Assembly: GCA_900555705.1 (NCBI GenBank)
Contig: USLV01000001.1
Span: 1 to 36,043 of the forward strand
DNA length: 36,043 nucleotides
Direction: 5' to 3'
From: an uncultured Oscillospiraceae bacterium
Lineage (GTDB): Bacteria; Bacillota; Clostridia; Oscillospirales; Acutalibacteraceae
In this document: piece after piece, positions 7,517-15,087 of the stretch
How positions within the stretch are numbered: position 1 is the first letter of the stretch
Layout of the letters: every line of letters starts with the position of its first letter
Program-made: the position numbers and the translations under genes
The notes under the pieces: generated by a model
Database searches by the model: none
What the model was told of the DNA's origin: nothing
Seen by the model: only the letters and a program-made list of their open reading frames with translations

Positions 7517-8257
7517 TTATAGAATACGGGCATCCAGATGAAACGTCTGCCCGCTGACACCGCTGAAACAATCGGACGCGGCATAAAGCAAAAAATTCAC
7601 CAGATCATCCAGCGCGTCCGTACCATCCAACACACTTTGCTTTCTGGCCCGTGCAACCTTGTCCTCCCGACCATCATTAAGGCCGGTCTGTATAAACCCG
7701 GGGCAGACACTGTTGACAAGAATGTTATGTGCTCCCAGTTCTTTTGCCAGAGACTTGGTAAAGCCCGCGATAGCCGCCTTGGAGGTGGCGTAATTGCTTT
7801 GTCCCGCACTGCCGATCTGACCCATTAAAGAGGAAATATTAAACACCTTGCCCTTGCGGCGTGTTCGCATGTGTACGGTAAAGTATTTGCAGCATAGAAA
7901 ACAGCCTGTCAAATTTACGTCAATCACCCGCTGCCATACCTGTGTCTGCATATGTTCTACCGAATCGTCAGCACAAATACCGGCATTGTTGATCAAAACA
8001 TCCACATGCCCGAAATGCGCCAATGCCTGATCGTATAGAAGCCGTACGTCCTCCTCTCGCGATACATCCGCTTTCACTATCAGACAATCGGTCTGATGAG
8101 ATATATCCCGATATAGTTCCAGAGCCTCCCGCTCGCTTTGGCAGTAGTTGATGACGACATGTGCGCCCTCCCTTGAGAATGCGCGTGCCAGCGCACTGCC
8201 GATGCCTCTCGAGGAACCGGTGATCACCACAACTTTATCTTTCAAATTAATAATCAT
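7517..8257 (-). CDS. SDR-family oxidoreductase, 3-oxoacyl-ACP reductase (FabG)-like
   Basis: MIINLKDKVVVITGSSRGIGSALARAF carries the TGxxxGIG motif. NNAG is present, and the catalytic S...YxxxK appears as SNYATSKAA. 246 aa. Confidence 0.9.
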   Translation of the reverse strand: MIINLKDKVVVITGSSRGIGSALARAFSREGAHVVINYCQSEREALELYRDISHQTDCLIVKADVSREEDVRLLYDQALAHFGHVDVLINNAGICADDSVEHMQTQVWQRVIDVNLTGCFLCCKYFTVHMRTRRKGKVFNISSLMGQIGSAGQSNYATSKAAIAGFTKSLAKELGAHNILVNSVCPGFIQTGLNDGREDKVARARKQSVLDGTDALDDLVNFLLYAASDCFSGVSGQTFHLDARIL

Positions 8258-8273
8258 AGCGATATCCTATTCA

Positions 8274-10091
8274 TTATGAGATTTGGACACCCGACATATA
8301 TTTCTGCCCCTGTAGATGAAACAGATACGCATACTGTCCGTCCAAAGCCATCAGCTCCCGATGAGAACCGTTTTCTATGATCTTTCCGTTCTCCATCACC
8401 AAAATACGATCCATCAGCACGGTATTGGACATTCTGTGTGAAATCATCAGCAAGGTTTTATTCTCATACAGTTTCTTGAAATACGCCAGTATCCGATGCT
8501 CCGCTTCCGGGTCGAGAGAGGCGGTTGGCTCGTCCAAAATAATGGTATCAGATCCGCGAAAGACCGCGCGGGAAATAGCCAGCTTCTGGTTTTGTCCTCC
8601 GGACAGCTCCACGCCGTCCGGATCAAATATTTTGCCGACAAAAGTGTCCAGATTGCCGTTTCGATCAAAAATATCGTTGTGAAAATCAGAAAAGGCGAGG
8701 GCATCCCATATCCGGGCGTCGTCCTGCGTGTTGGCGGGATTGGATACGCCCACATTTTCTCTCACAGTAAAAGCATATACGTTATAATCCTGAAACACAC
8801 TGGACAGGCGGGAACGCAGGCTTTTGATATCCAGACAGCGCACATCCATGCCGTTGATATAAATAGAACCGGAATCGGGTTCATAAAATCGCATCAGCAA
8901 TTTGATAAGCGTAGTTTTACCGGAGCCGTTAATGCCGATGAGCGCGACCTTTTCTCCTTTGTTGATATGAAAGTTCACGTGGCTGAGAACCTGGCGGGCG
9001 GTACCGGGATAAGTAAAGCAGACGTCCCGAAATTCAATGGAGTTGATGGCATTGATCCGGAGCTCTCCCGAGGTCACCTCGCTTTCACTCAACAGGAAGT
9101 AGCGTTTGAAGTCCTCTATTTTCTGGTTATAACCGATATACATCGAGATGCTGCCGATCAAGCCGCTGATTCTGCCGGACAAGTTGCCGTAGAGGCCGGG
9201 GATATAGTTCAGATCGCCCAGCGTATAGGTGCGCCCGATAATCCGTATGATAATATAAACCTGTATACCAATATTCAGGGCTGTTTGCGGCAGTCCAAGG
9301 AGGATATTGATAAAATTATTTTTCTTGTTAAAGGATTTGCGCCGCAGGAACAGCTCTTTGTCCTTTTTTAAAAATCGTGCCAGCAACGTATCGGCCATGC
9401 CGAAAAAGCGCAGCTCTTTGGCCGCCTTTTTATTGAACAGCAGCGAGTGGATATAGCCGTTCTGCCGGTCCTCCCGGAAAATGCTTTTGTCAAACTCATA
9501 CCGCCGTTTCTCCAGTCCCTTTCTGAAAAGGAAGCTGGGGATCAGCGACAAAAAGGTAAGCAGTGTCAGCCAGACGTTGATCCGCAGGGTCAGTATCAGC
9601 GCCGTAATCAGGTTGACGATAGTAGTGAAGGTGCCAACGGTGGAAAACACAATTTCATGCATGGCATGAGAATTGTTGCGGCTGCGCGACATATCATCAA
9701 ACTTATCCGGTATATCGAAATAAGAGATATCGATATCGGCCGATTTCCTCATCAGGGAAATATTGATATAGGTTAACAGATTCTGAGTCTGCAGACCGGA
9801 TATTTTTCCGCCGAAATCGCTGATAAAGGTTACCAGAATACTGATGCCGAAATATAAAACCAGGCTGGACACAACGGAGGCCCATAGCGAAGCGTCGCCG
9901 GTCACATCGGTGCTCAGGATAGCCGAAATGTCGTCAATGATTCCCTTCATCACGTACATGTTGAAGAAAGGTACGATTCCCGTTATGAGGTTGATGGTCA
10001 TAATAACGAAAAAATTGCATTTATTGGCCTTAAAAACCAATTGCAGGCAAAAGGCGTAATTGCGAATGAAATTTTTCAGCTTTCCAATCAT
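8274..10091 (-). CDS. ABC exporter, fused permease and ATP-binding subunit (half-transporter B)
   Basis: 605 aa with an N-terminal 6-TM-type domain. Walker A is GINGSGKTT, the signature is LSGGQNQK and Walker B is IILDEP. Its ATG overlaps the upstream gene's TGA (ATGA at 10091-10088). There is no N-terminal C39 peptidase domain. Confidence 0.9.
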   Translation of the reverse strand: MIGKLKNFIRNYAFCLQLVFKANKCNFFVIMTINLITGIVPFFNMYVMKGIIDDISAILSTDVTGDASLWASVVSSLVLYFGISILVTFISDFGGKISGLQTQNLLTYINISLMRKSADIDISYFDIPDKFDDMSRSRNNSHAMHEIVFSTVGTFTTIVNLITALILTLRINVWLTLLTFLSLIPSFLFRKGLEKRRYEFDKSIFREDRQNGYIHSLLFNKKAAKELRFFGMADTLLARFLKKDKELFLRRKSFNKKNNFINILLGLPQTALNIGIQVYIIIRIIGRTYTLGDLNYIPGLYGNLSGRISGLIGSISMYIGYNQKIEDFKRYFLLSESEVTSGELRINAINSIEFRDVCFTYPGTARQVLSHVNFHINKGEKVALIGINGSGKTTLIKLLMRFYEPDSGSIYINGMDVRCLDIKSLRSRLSSVFQDYNVYAFTVRENVGVSNPANTQDDARIWDALAFSDFHNDIFDRNGNLDTFVGKIFDPDGVELSGGQNQKLAISRAVFRGSDTIILDEPTASLDPEAEHRILAYFKKLYENKTLLMISHRMSNTVLMDRILVMENGKIIENGSHRELMALDGQYAYLFHLQGQKYMSGVQIS

Positions 10092-11950
10092 ACCGTCACC
10101 CCCGCCGCCTCATCCACGAAATTCGAAGCCTGCAGATTGAACAAATACGCATACCGTCCGTTTCGTGCCATCAGTTCTTCATGGGTGCCATCCTCCAGCA
10201 CCACGCCATCCTCAATCACCAGGATTCGGTCCATCAGCGTTGTATTCGACAGCCGGTGGGAGATCATCAGCAGGCCGCGACCGCTATACAGCCGCTCAAA
10301 CTGTCGGAGGATTTCATATTCCGCCACTGGGTCGAGAGAAGCGGTTGGCTCGTCCAGAATCACCATATCCGCCTTGCGGAACGCGCCGCGGGCAATGGCC
10401 AGCTTTTGCTTTTGCCCGCCGGACAGCTCCAGTCCATCGTCTGAAAAATCCCGGCTGATATCGACGTCAAGAGAATCTATTCGTTCCAGAATGCCATGAT
10501 CCAGTTCGGCGAGAGTCAACGCCTCCCGGATGCGGGCGTCGTCCTCCCGGTTTTCATAATCTGACATTGCCACATTGTCTCTCACACTGAGCGAATAGGT
10601 GATATAATCCTGAAATACCGTGGAAAACACCTGGCGCAAGCTATTTAGCGTATACGCCTTGATATCCAGACCGTTTATGAGAATCTGTCCCTCATCCACA
10701 TCATAAAATCGCAGCAGCAGCTTGACAATGGTAGACTTTCCGGCGCCGTTCAGTCCAACCATGGCAATCTTCTCATGGCCCTGAATCCGCAGATTCAGAT
10801 GGTTCAGAACCGGCTGTTCTGTCAGCGGATAGGTGAACATCACATCTCGGAATTCAATGGTTTCCAGCTTTTTCAGTTTTCTTGTTCCGTTGTCCGGCAC
10901 AAAGGCCTTCAGCTTCATAAAGGAATCATATTTTTCAATGGTATAAGAGGTCTCGCCCAAACGCGCGATATTGTCAACGAGGTTGGTAAAGCTGCTCTTC
11001 AGGGTCGAAGTCATCCCGAGCAGATAGGCGAAATCGCCGATGGCGTTGCGTCCCTGAAAAATGCCCAGCAGCACCATGTACATGCTGATCCCGATCCCAA
11101 TCGTAGGCAGCATATTGCACAAGGAGTCCGCAAATCCCAGACGAACCGTCAGCCTTCTTTTTCCGCTGATATACGTGTTCCAATGCTGCCTGTATTTGTC
11201 CACCACCATATCGGACATGTCGTAAAACCGGACCTCCTGTGCGGTTTGCTTGCCCATAGCCACTCCGGCCAGATAGGAGACGCGGCGCATGATATTCTGG
11301 GTCTGCAGACCGTACTCGAACTGACGGCGAAGATACCGGCCCCGTGTGAAGAGAGGCGGCAGGGTAAACAGAACAATCACCAACGGAATCCAGGCATTGG
11401 TGGACAAAATGGTAACGGTGGTAGAGATGACAAGCGAGATCGTATTAATGATAAAGCTGAGGGTTCTCGTATACAGGACGCTCAACTGGGATTTCCCATT
11501 ATTGGCCTGCTCAATATGGTCATAATACCGGTCGTTGTCAAAATAGGAGATGTCGAGCGACGCCACTTTTTGTGCCATTTCCGTGTTGATATACTGATTG
11601 AAGCGGAGCTGCTGGGTTTCCCCGATCAACGAGGAAGCAAAATTGAGCAGGGTGAGGCCGAGAGAGAGCGCGGTAGAAACCAGTATCCAGAAACCCACCG
11701 GTTCCACCGCTTCATGGAAAGACCAGTGATTGATCAGCGCGAAGCTGAGGGTGTTGATCAGTTCCCTGCCGCAGTACATGAGCACAAAAGAGGACAGGGT
11801 ATTGATCAACGTGACGATTGTGGTCACCACGAAGAGACCGGGACTCGACATAAAAACCTTTTTGACGGAAAATGCGAGGAGCTTTAATAAAGCCAGCCGA
11901 CCGCCGGTATCCTTTTTATTCTTTTCAGAGGCAGAGGGGCCCTTTACCAT
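10088..11950 (-). CDS. ABC exporter, fused permease and ATP-binding subunit (half-transporter A)
   Basis: 620 aa. Walker A is GLNGAGKST, the signature is LSGGQKQK and Walker B is VILDEP. It is translationally coupled to the next ABC gene, which suggests a heterodimeric exporter. Confidence 0.9.
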   Translation of the reverse strand: MVKGPSASEKNKKDTGGRLALLKLLAFSVKKVFMSSPGLFVVTTIVTLINTLSSFVLMYCGRELINTLSFALINHWSFHEAVEPVGFWILVSTALSLGLTLLNFASSLIGETQQLRFNQYINTEMAQKVASLDISYFDNDRYYDHIEQANNGKSQLSVLYTRTLSFIINTISLVISTTVTILSTNAWIPLVIVLFTLPPLFTRGRYLRRQFEYGLQTQNIMRRVSYLAGVAMGKQTAQEVRFYDMSDMVVDKYRQHWNTYISGKRRLTVRLGFADSLCNMLPTIGIGISMYMVLLGIFQGRNAIGDFAYLLGMTSTLKSSFTNLVDNIARLGETSYTIEKYDSFMKLKAFVPDNGTRKLKKLETIEFRDVMFTYPLTEQPVLNHLNLRIQGHEKIAMVGLNGAGKSTIVKLLLRFYDVDEGQILINGLDIKAYTLNSLRQVFSTVFQDYITYSLSVRDNVAMSDYENREDDARIREALTLAELDHGILERIDSLDVDISRDFSDDGLELSGGQKQKLAIARGAFRKADMVILDEPTASLDPVAEYEILRQFERLYSGRGLLMISHRLSNTTLMDRILVIEDGVVLEDGTHEELMARNGRYAYLFNLQASNFVDEAAGVTV

Positions 11951-12083
11951 AATAGTTCACCAGCCAATTCTGTATAATCAACGGCCAGTCAGGATGACTC
12001 CGTTTCCTCGCCCGGACTGGTCGAAAAATTTGCGCCGTTAATGATCCGCCGTGGGAGACAACTCGCGTTGAAGCCGGAACAGG

Positions 12084-12118
12084 AGCCGGGTATACGCATT
12101 GGATGGGTATACCCGGCT
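12084..12118 (-). promoter_or_regulatory. Stem-loop between the precursor genes and the ABC genes (second of two)
   Basis: Perfect 12-bp stem AGCCGGGTATAC (12084-12095) / GTATACCCGGCT (12107-12118) with an 11-nt loop. No clear T tract on either strand. Confidence 0.35.
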
Positions 12119-12165
12119 GTCCATGTTATGTCATGATCCTTGGGAAACGGTTTATTTCCATATTT

Positions 12166-12193
12166 CCCGTGGCGGGTAACGTCCCGCCACGGG
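12166..12193 (-). promoter_or_regulatory. Stem-loop downstream of the last precursor gene; possible attenuator or processing site
   Basis: Perfect 11-bp GC-rich stem CCCGTGGCGGG (12166-12176) / CCCGCCACGGG (12183-12193) with a 6-nt loop. On the minus strand it is followed by AAATATGG, not a T tract. Confidence 0.4.
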
Positions 12194-12285
12194 CATGGTT
12201 CAATGTTCTCTCAGCCGTCCGGCCCAGCGCTGCTGCGCAGGGCCGGTGAACGGCGTGAGGTTATTATACCGTGACCAAAGGGATG

Positions 12286-12468
12286 TTACTTCGAACCGCC
12301 GGAACAGTCACCAGAGCAGCTGCCAGCGCAGTCGCCGGAGCAGGTTCCGGCGCAGGTTCCGCCGCATGCGCCCTCGCAATCGCCGGAGCAGGTTCCCGAG
12401 CAGGTAAACCAGCAGCTGCTGGCGGCCGCCACAAAGTCCGTGTTCTGATTGCCCAACATATAGGTCAT
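12286..12468 (-). CDS. CXXX-repeat RiPP precursor peptide 3 (60 aa, 10 Cys at strict i+4 spacing)
   Basis: MTYMLGNQNTDFVAAASS-CWFT-CSGT-CSGD-CEGA-CGGT-CAGT-CSGD-CAGS-CSGD-CSGGSK. AAGGAGG lies 7 nt upstream of the ATG. I verified the translation by hand from the DNA. Confidence 0.85.
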   Translation of the reverse strand: MTYMLGNQNTDFVAAASSCWFTCSGTCSGDCEGACGGTCAGTCSGDCAGSCSGDCSGGSK

Positions 12469-12598
12469 AAAAACGCCTCCTTGTTATGGTTTCAATCGTC
12501 CAAGCTATTGGGATACATTGTTCACACCATATCTTGTGTATGCTCGCTCAGTATGGCTCCTGTCGCATCGCAGCCTGGACAGTAAAGGACCGAAAAGG

Positions 12599-12760
12599 TT
12601 ACTTTGAGCTCGCGGTACTCGAGCGGCAGCTGCCATGACAACTGCCCTTGCAGCCGCCATCGCAATTGCCCGCGCAGGAACTATAACAGCTGCCCGTACA
12701 ACCGTCACAGGAACGGGCCACCGGAGACATTGCATCGGCTCCGCCCAGCAAATAATTCAT
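12599..12760 (-). CDS. CXXX-repeat RiPP precursor peptide 2 (53 aa, 8 Cys). It is below the length cut-off of the supplied ORF track.
   Basis: Hand translation from ATG 12760 gives MNYLLGGADAMSPVARS-CDG-CTGS-CYSS-CAGN-CDGG-CKGS-CHGS-CRSSTASSK, ending at TAA 12601-12599. AAAGGAGG lies upstream. The tracked ORF 12505..12735 is in a different frame and is Ala/Arg-rich. Confidence 0.8.
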   Translation of the reverse strand: MNYLLGGADAMSPVARSCDGCTGSCYSSCAGNCDGGCKGSCHGSCRSSTASSK

Positions 12761-12848
12761 GAGAAGTCCTCCTTTCTGCTAAGATGGATCCGCTATGTAT
12801 GCCAAACGGATCGACTCTTTGAGAGCCCCGCCTGTCGGCGGACGAAAG

Positions 12849-13031
12849 TCATTTCGAGCTGCCTGCGCAGCTGTCTTTGCAGGAACCGTGGCAGTCGCCA
12901 CTGCAGGCCCTGGCGCAGGCAGCCTCACAATCGCTTGTGCAGGCGGCCGTGCACCCGCCGCTGCAATAGTGAATGCACCAGCCGGCAGCCGGTATAAAGG
13001 CACCCTGATTTTGGCCAGTTAAATAGGTCAT
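12849..13031 (-). CDS. CXXX-repeat RiPP precursor peptide 1 (60 aa, 10 Cys at strict i+4 spacing)
   Basis: MTYLTGQNQGAFIPAAGW-CIHY-CSGG-CTAA-CTSD-CEAA-CARA-CSGD-CHGS-CKDS-CAGSSK. AAAGGAGG lies upstream. The leader start (MTY-x-x-G) and the C-terminal SK are shared with the paralogues. Confidence 0.85.
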   Translation of the reverse strand: MTYLTGQNQGAFIPAAGWCIHYCSGGCTAACTSDCEAACARACSGDCHGSCKDSCAGSSK

Positions 13032-13172
13032 GTGTTTTTTCCTCCTTTCAAAAAGACTGGTTCATCTTTTAGGCCGATGCTGCTTTGAGAAACAGGCAGA
13101 CACCGCCCGGCTAATCAAACATGGGAATCACCCCCTTTTCGGAGGAATCTCCTATTCTTGTCCGCATAGGAC

Positions 13173-14483
13173 TCATACTGAAGCCATATGATTTACAAAA
13201 AAATTCAGCTTTTTGCTGCCGACGTCGGGGGTGATCTCCTTCACATACGTGAACGTCCAACGGGTGTTCCCAAAGCCGTAGGGCTCGAGCGCTTCCAGAA
13301 AACGGGTGCGAATCTGCCGGTCCAGCTCGTCGCATTGCCTGTCCGCCGGCACAACGAGCTGCAGCTCAAAGTCGGAGATGTCCTTTTGGATCGCCCGGAA
13401 CTGCAAAATGCATTGGTCAAGATAGGTGTTGACGGCCTCCACGGCATAAAACATAATGACGCATTCTATCTCCGTGCCGTCCGGCCGGGTGATCAATTCG
13501 TTGCCGCGCCCGGCCTGCACGTCCAGAATCGGATGAATATTGCCGCAGGAGCAGCTCTCTCCCGGAAGCAGCCGGGCACGGTCGCCCAGATCATAGCGGA
13601 TAAAGGGCATGGCCTTGTTGTTCAGTCCTGTGACGCAGACATTACCCACTTCCCCCGGCGGTACAGGGCGGCCATTTTCTATAATTTCCACATGCACGTT
13701 GCGGGGCATCACATGCAGGTGTCCTTCGGCACATTCGAACGCAATGCCGTTGACCTCCCGGGCGCCGTATTCGTTTACTGCCGGCACCTGCATGATCTCC
13801 TCAATCGCCTGCCGGCAGGCGGGCTGTAAGAACTCGCCGGCCAGTTCAATATATTTTAAGCTTTTGATCGGCGGCAGGCCGTGGGACTGCATATGGCGGG
13901 CCAGCAGCAGGACGGTGGAAGGATGCCCCATCATCCACTCCGGTTCGAACTGAACGATATGGCGATAGTATGTATTGAGCGCTCGTTCGCTGAAATCGAG
14001 TTTGCTGAACGACAGGACAATGCCGTTTTCCCGCAGCATGATGCGAGGTGAGAACACCTGCTTGACGGTTTCACTCACATCGTTTCCCTCGTCGTCGAGT
14101 CCGCCGCTTTCCCGATAAGCAATTGAATGGAAAAACACGCATTTTGAATCCGGCATAATACCGAAGCGCTGGCGACGCCGTGACCAAAGGCTCATCAGGG
14201 AGCGAATATGCTGGTGCTTTTCCCAGTAGATGTCCAGGATTTTGCCGGTTGAACCGGAGGTCCGATCATGCAGAAGATCCTTTTTGCTGTATTCGTCGGA
14301 GAGAAAGTCGTCCGCTCTGGCGCGTACATCCTCTTTTTTCACAATGGGGAGCGATTCGAAAACCGACGCAATATCCTGACTGTCCGGTCGGATGCCGGCC
14401 CTGTCATATAGCTCTCTGTAAAAGGCTGTGTGACGGTAAGCGTACGCTACCATATCCGACAACTTGTCCTGATACTTATCCAT
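13173..14483 (-). CDS. Adenylate-forming enzyme of the phenylacetate-CoA ligase (PaaK) / F390 synthetase / CapK family
   Basis: MDKYQDKLSDMVAYAYRHTAFYRELYDRAGIRP...LPIVKKEDV...DRTSGSTGK is the typical PaaK-like N-terminus and P-loop-like motif. Start set at ATG 14483 with GGAGGG 8 nt upstream. It overlaps the ACP stop by 8 nt. Confidence 0.8.
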   Translation of the reverse strand: MDKYQDKLSDMVAYAYRHTAFYRELYDRAGIRPDSQDIASVFESLPIVKKEDVRARADDFLSDEYSKKDLLHDRTSGSTGKILDIYWEKHQHIRSLMSLWSRRRQRFGIMPDSKCVFFHSIAYRESGGLDDEGNDVSETVKQVFSPRIMLRENGIVLSFSKLDFSERALNTYYRHIVQFEPEWMMGHPSTVLLLARHMQSHGLPPIKSLKYIELAGEFLQPACRQAIEEIMQVPAVNEYGAREVNGIAFECAEGHLHVMPRNVHVEIIENGRPVPPGEVGNVCVTGLNNKAMPFIRYDLGDRARLLPGESCSCGNIHPILDVQAGRGNELITRPDGTEIECVIMFYAVEAVNTYLDQCILQFRAIQKDISDFELQLVVPADRQCDELDRQIRTRFLEALEPYGFGNTRWTFTYVKEITPDVGSKKLNFFVNHMASV

Positions 14484-14739
14484 TTGTCGAGCCCTCCGCC
14501 GACAGCGCCTGCCGCACATATTCCCACAGCTTGCCATACGAGGTCAAAATTTCATAGTCCAGCATATCGTCGTCAAATTCGATGCCGAACAGGTTTTCGA
14601 TATCCACTACCAGTTTGACAAAGCTGATGGAGTCAAATTCCAGATCGTCGACCAGATCCGTTTGTTCATTGATGTCTTCGTGGGTCAACTCCTGTCGTTT
14701 CGCCGAAACCAGCACCAGGTCCTTGAGTTTAGCTTCCAT
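14476..14739 (-). CDS. Acyl carrier protein
   Basis: 87-aa acidic protein with the phosphopantetheine attachment motif LEFDSISFVKLV (DSI/DSL type), followed by helices typical of ACP/PCP. Confidence 0.85.
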   Translation of the reverse strand: MEAKLKDLVLVSAKRQELTHEDINEQTDLVDDLEFDSISFVKLVVDIENLFGIEFDDDMLDYEILTSYGKLWEYVRQALSAEGSTNG

Positions 14740-14760
14740 GGTATTTTCCGCCTTTCTACT

Positions 14761-15087
14761 TTATTGTGCTTGCTGTTCCTTTGGCTTTGAAAAGATTATC
14801 TTTTTATGAACGTCAACCAACAACAGACTGTTTTCATCATGTACCAGCATGTATTTCTCGTCCATCCGTTGCCACCATTTGGAGAAAGCACGGTAGGTAT
14901 CCCGGTAAAGCTCGCGATAGGAGGGCGCTTTCTCCAGCCCCACCTCCGCCATCAGCTCCGGATGATCCTTTAAGCCCAGCCGCAGGCTGTGGTAGGCAGA
15001 AAGACGTTCCAGAAGAACGATATATTCGTCGTTTTCCTCTTCCGTAATGGAGACCGGCTGCATCAACTCATACATCATATTTTGCAT
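14761..15087 (-). CDS. Small helical partner protein of the maturase; candidate CXXX repeat peptide modification system protein
   Basis: 108-aa ORF. AGAGGTG lies 6 nt upstream of ATG 15087, inside the 3' end of the rSAM gene, giving a 20-nt overlap. No recognisable catalytic motif. The family name is recalled from NCBIfam/TIGRFAM naming and was not verified. Confidence 0.5.
   Translation of the reverse strand: MQNMMYELMQPVSITEEENDEYIVLLERLSAYHSLRLGLKDHPELMAEVGLEKAPSYRELYRDTYRAFSKWWQRMDEKYMLVHDENSLLLVDVHKKIIFSKPKEQQAQ

Noticed and set aside
12195-13022. Plus-strand ORFs (12195..12407, 12271..12585, 12635..12997, 12795..13022) and the minus-strand ORFs 12505..12735 and 12779..13003, which overlap the precursor genes. 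The region also has a 12-nt DNA periodicity that could be mistaken for a tandem repeat or a CRISPR-like array.
   Set aside because: Their translations are low-complexity Ala/Arg/Ser/Pro strings with no RBS. The periodicity is fully explained by the Cys-X3 coding repeats (TGC-NNN-GGN-NNN) of three RBS-preceded small genes on the minus strand. There are no spacers of unique sequence, so this is not a CRISPR array.
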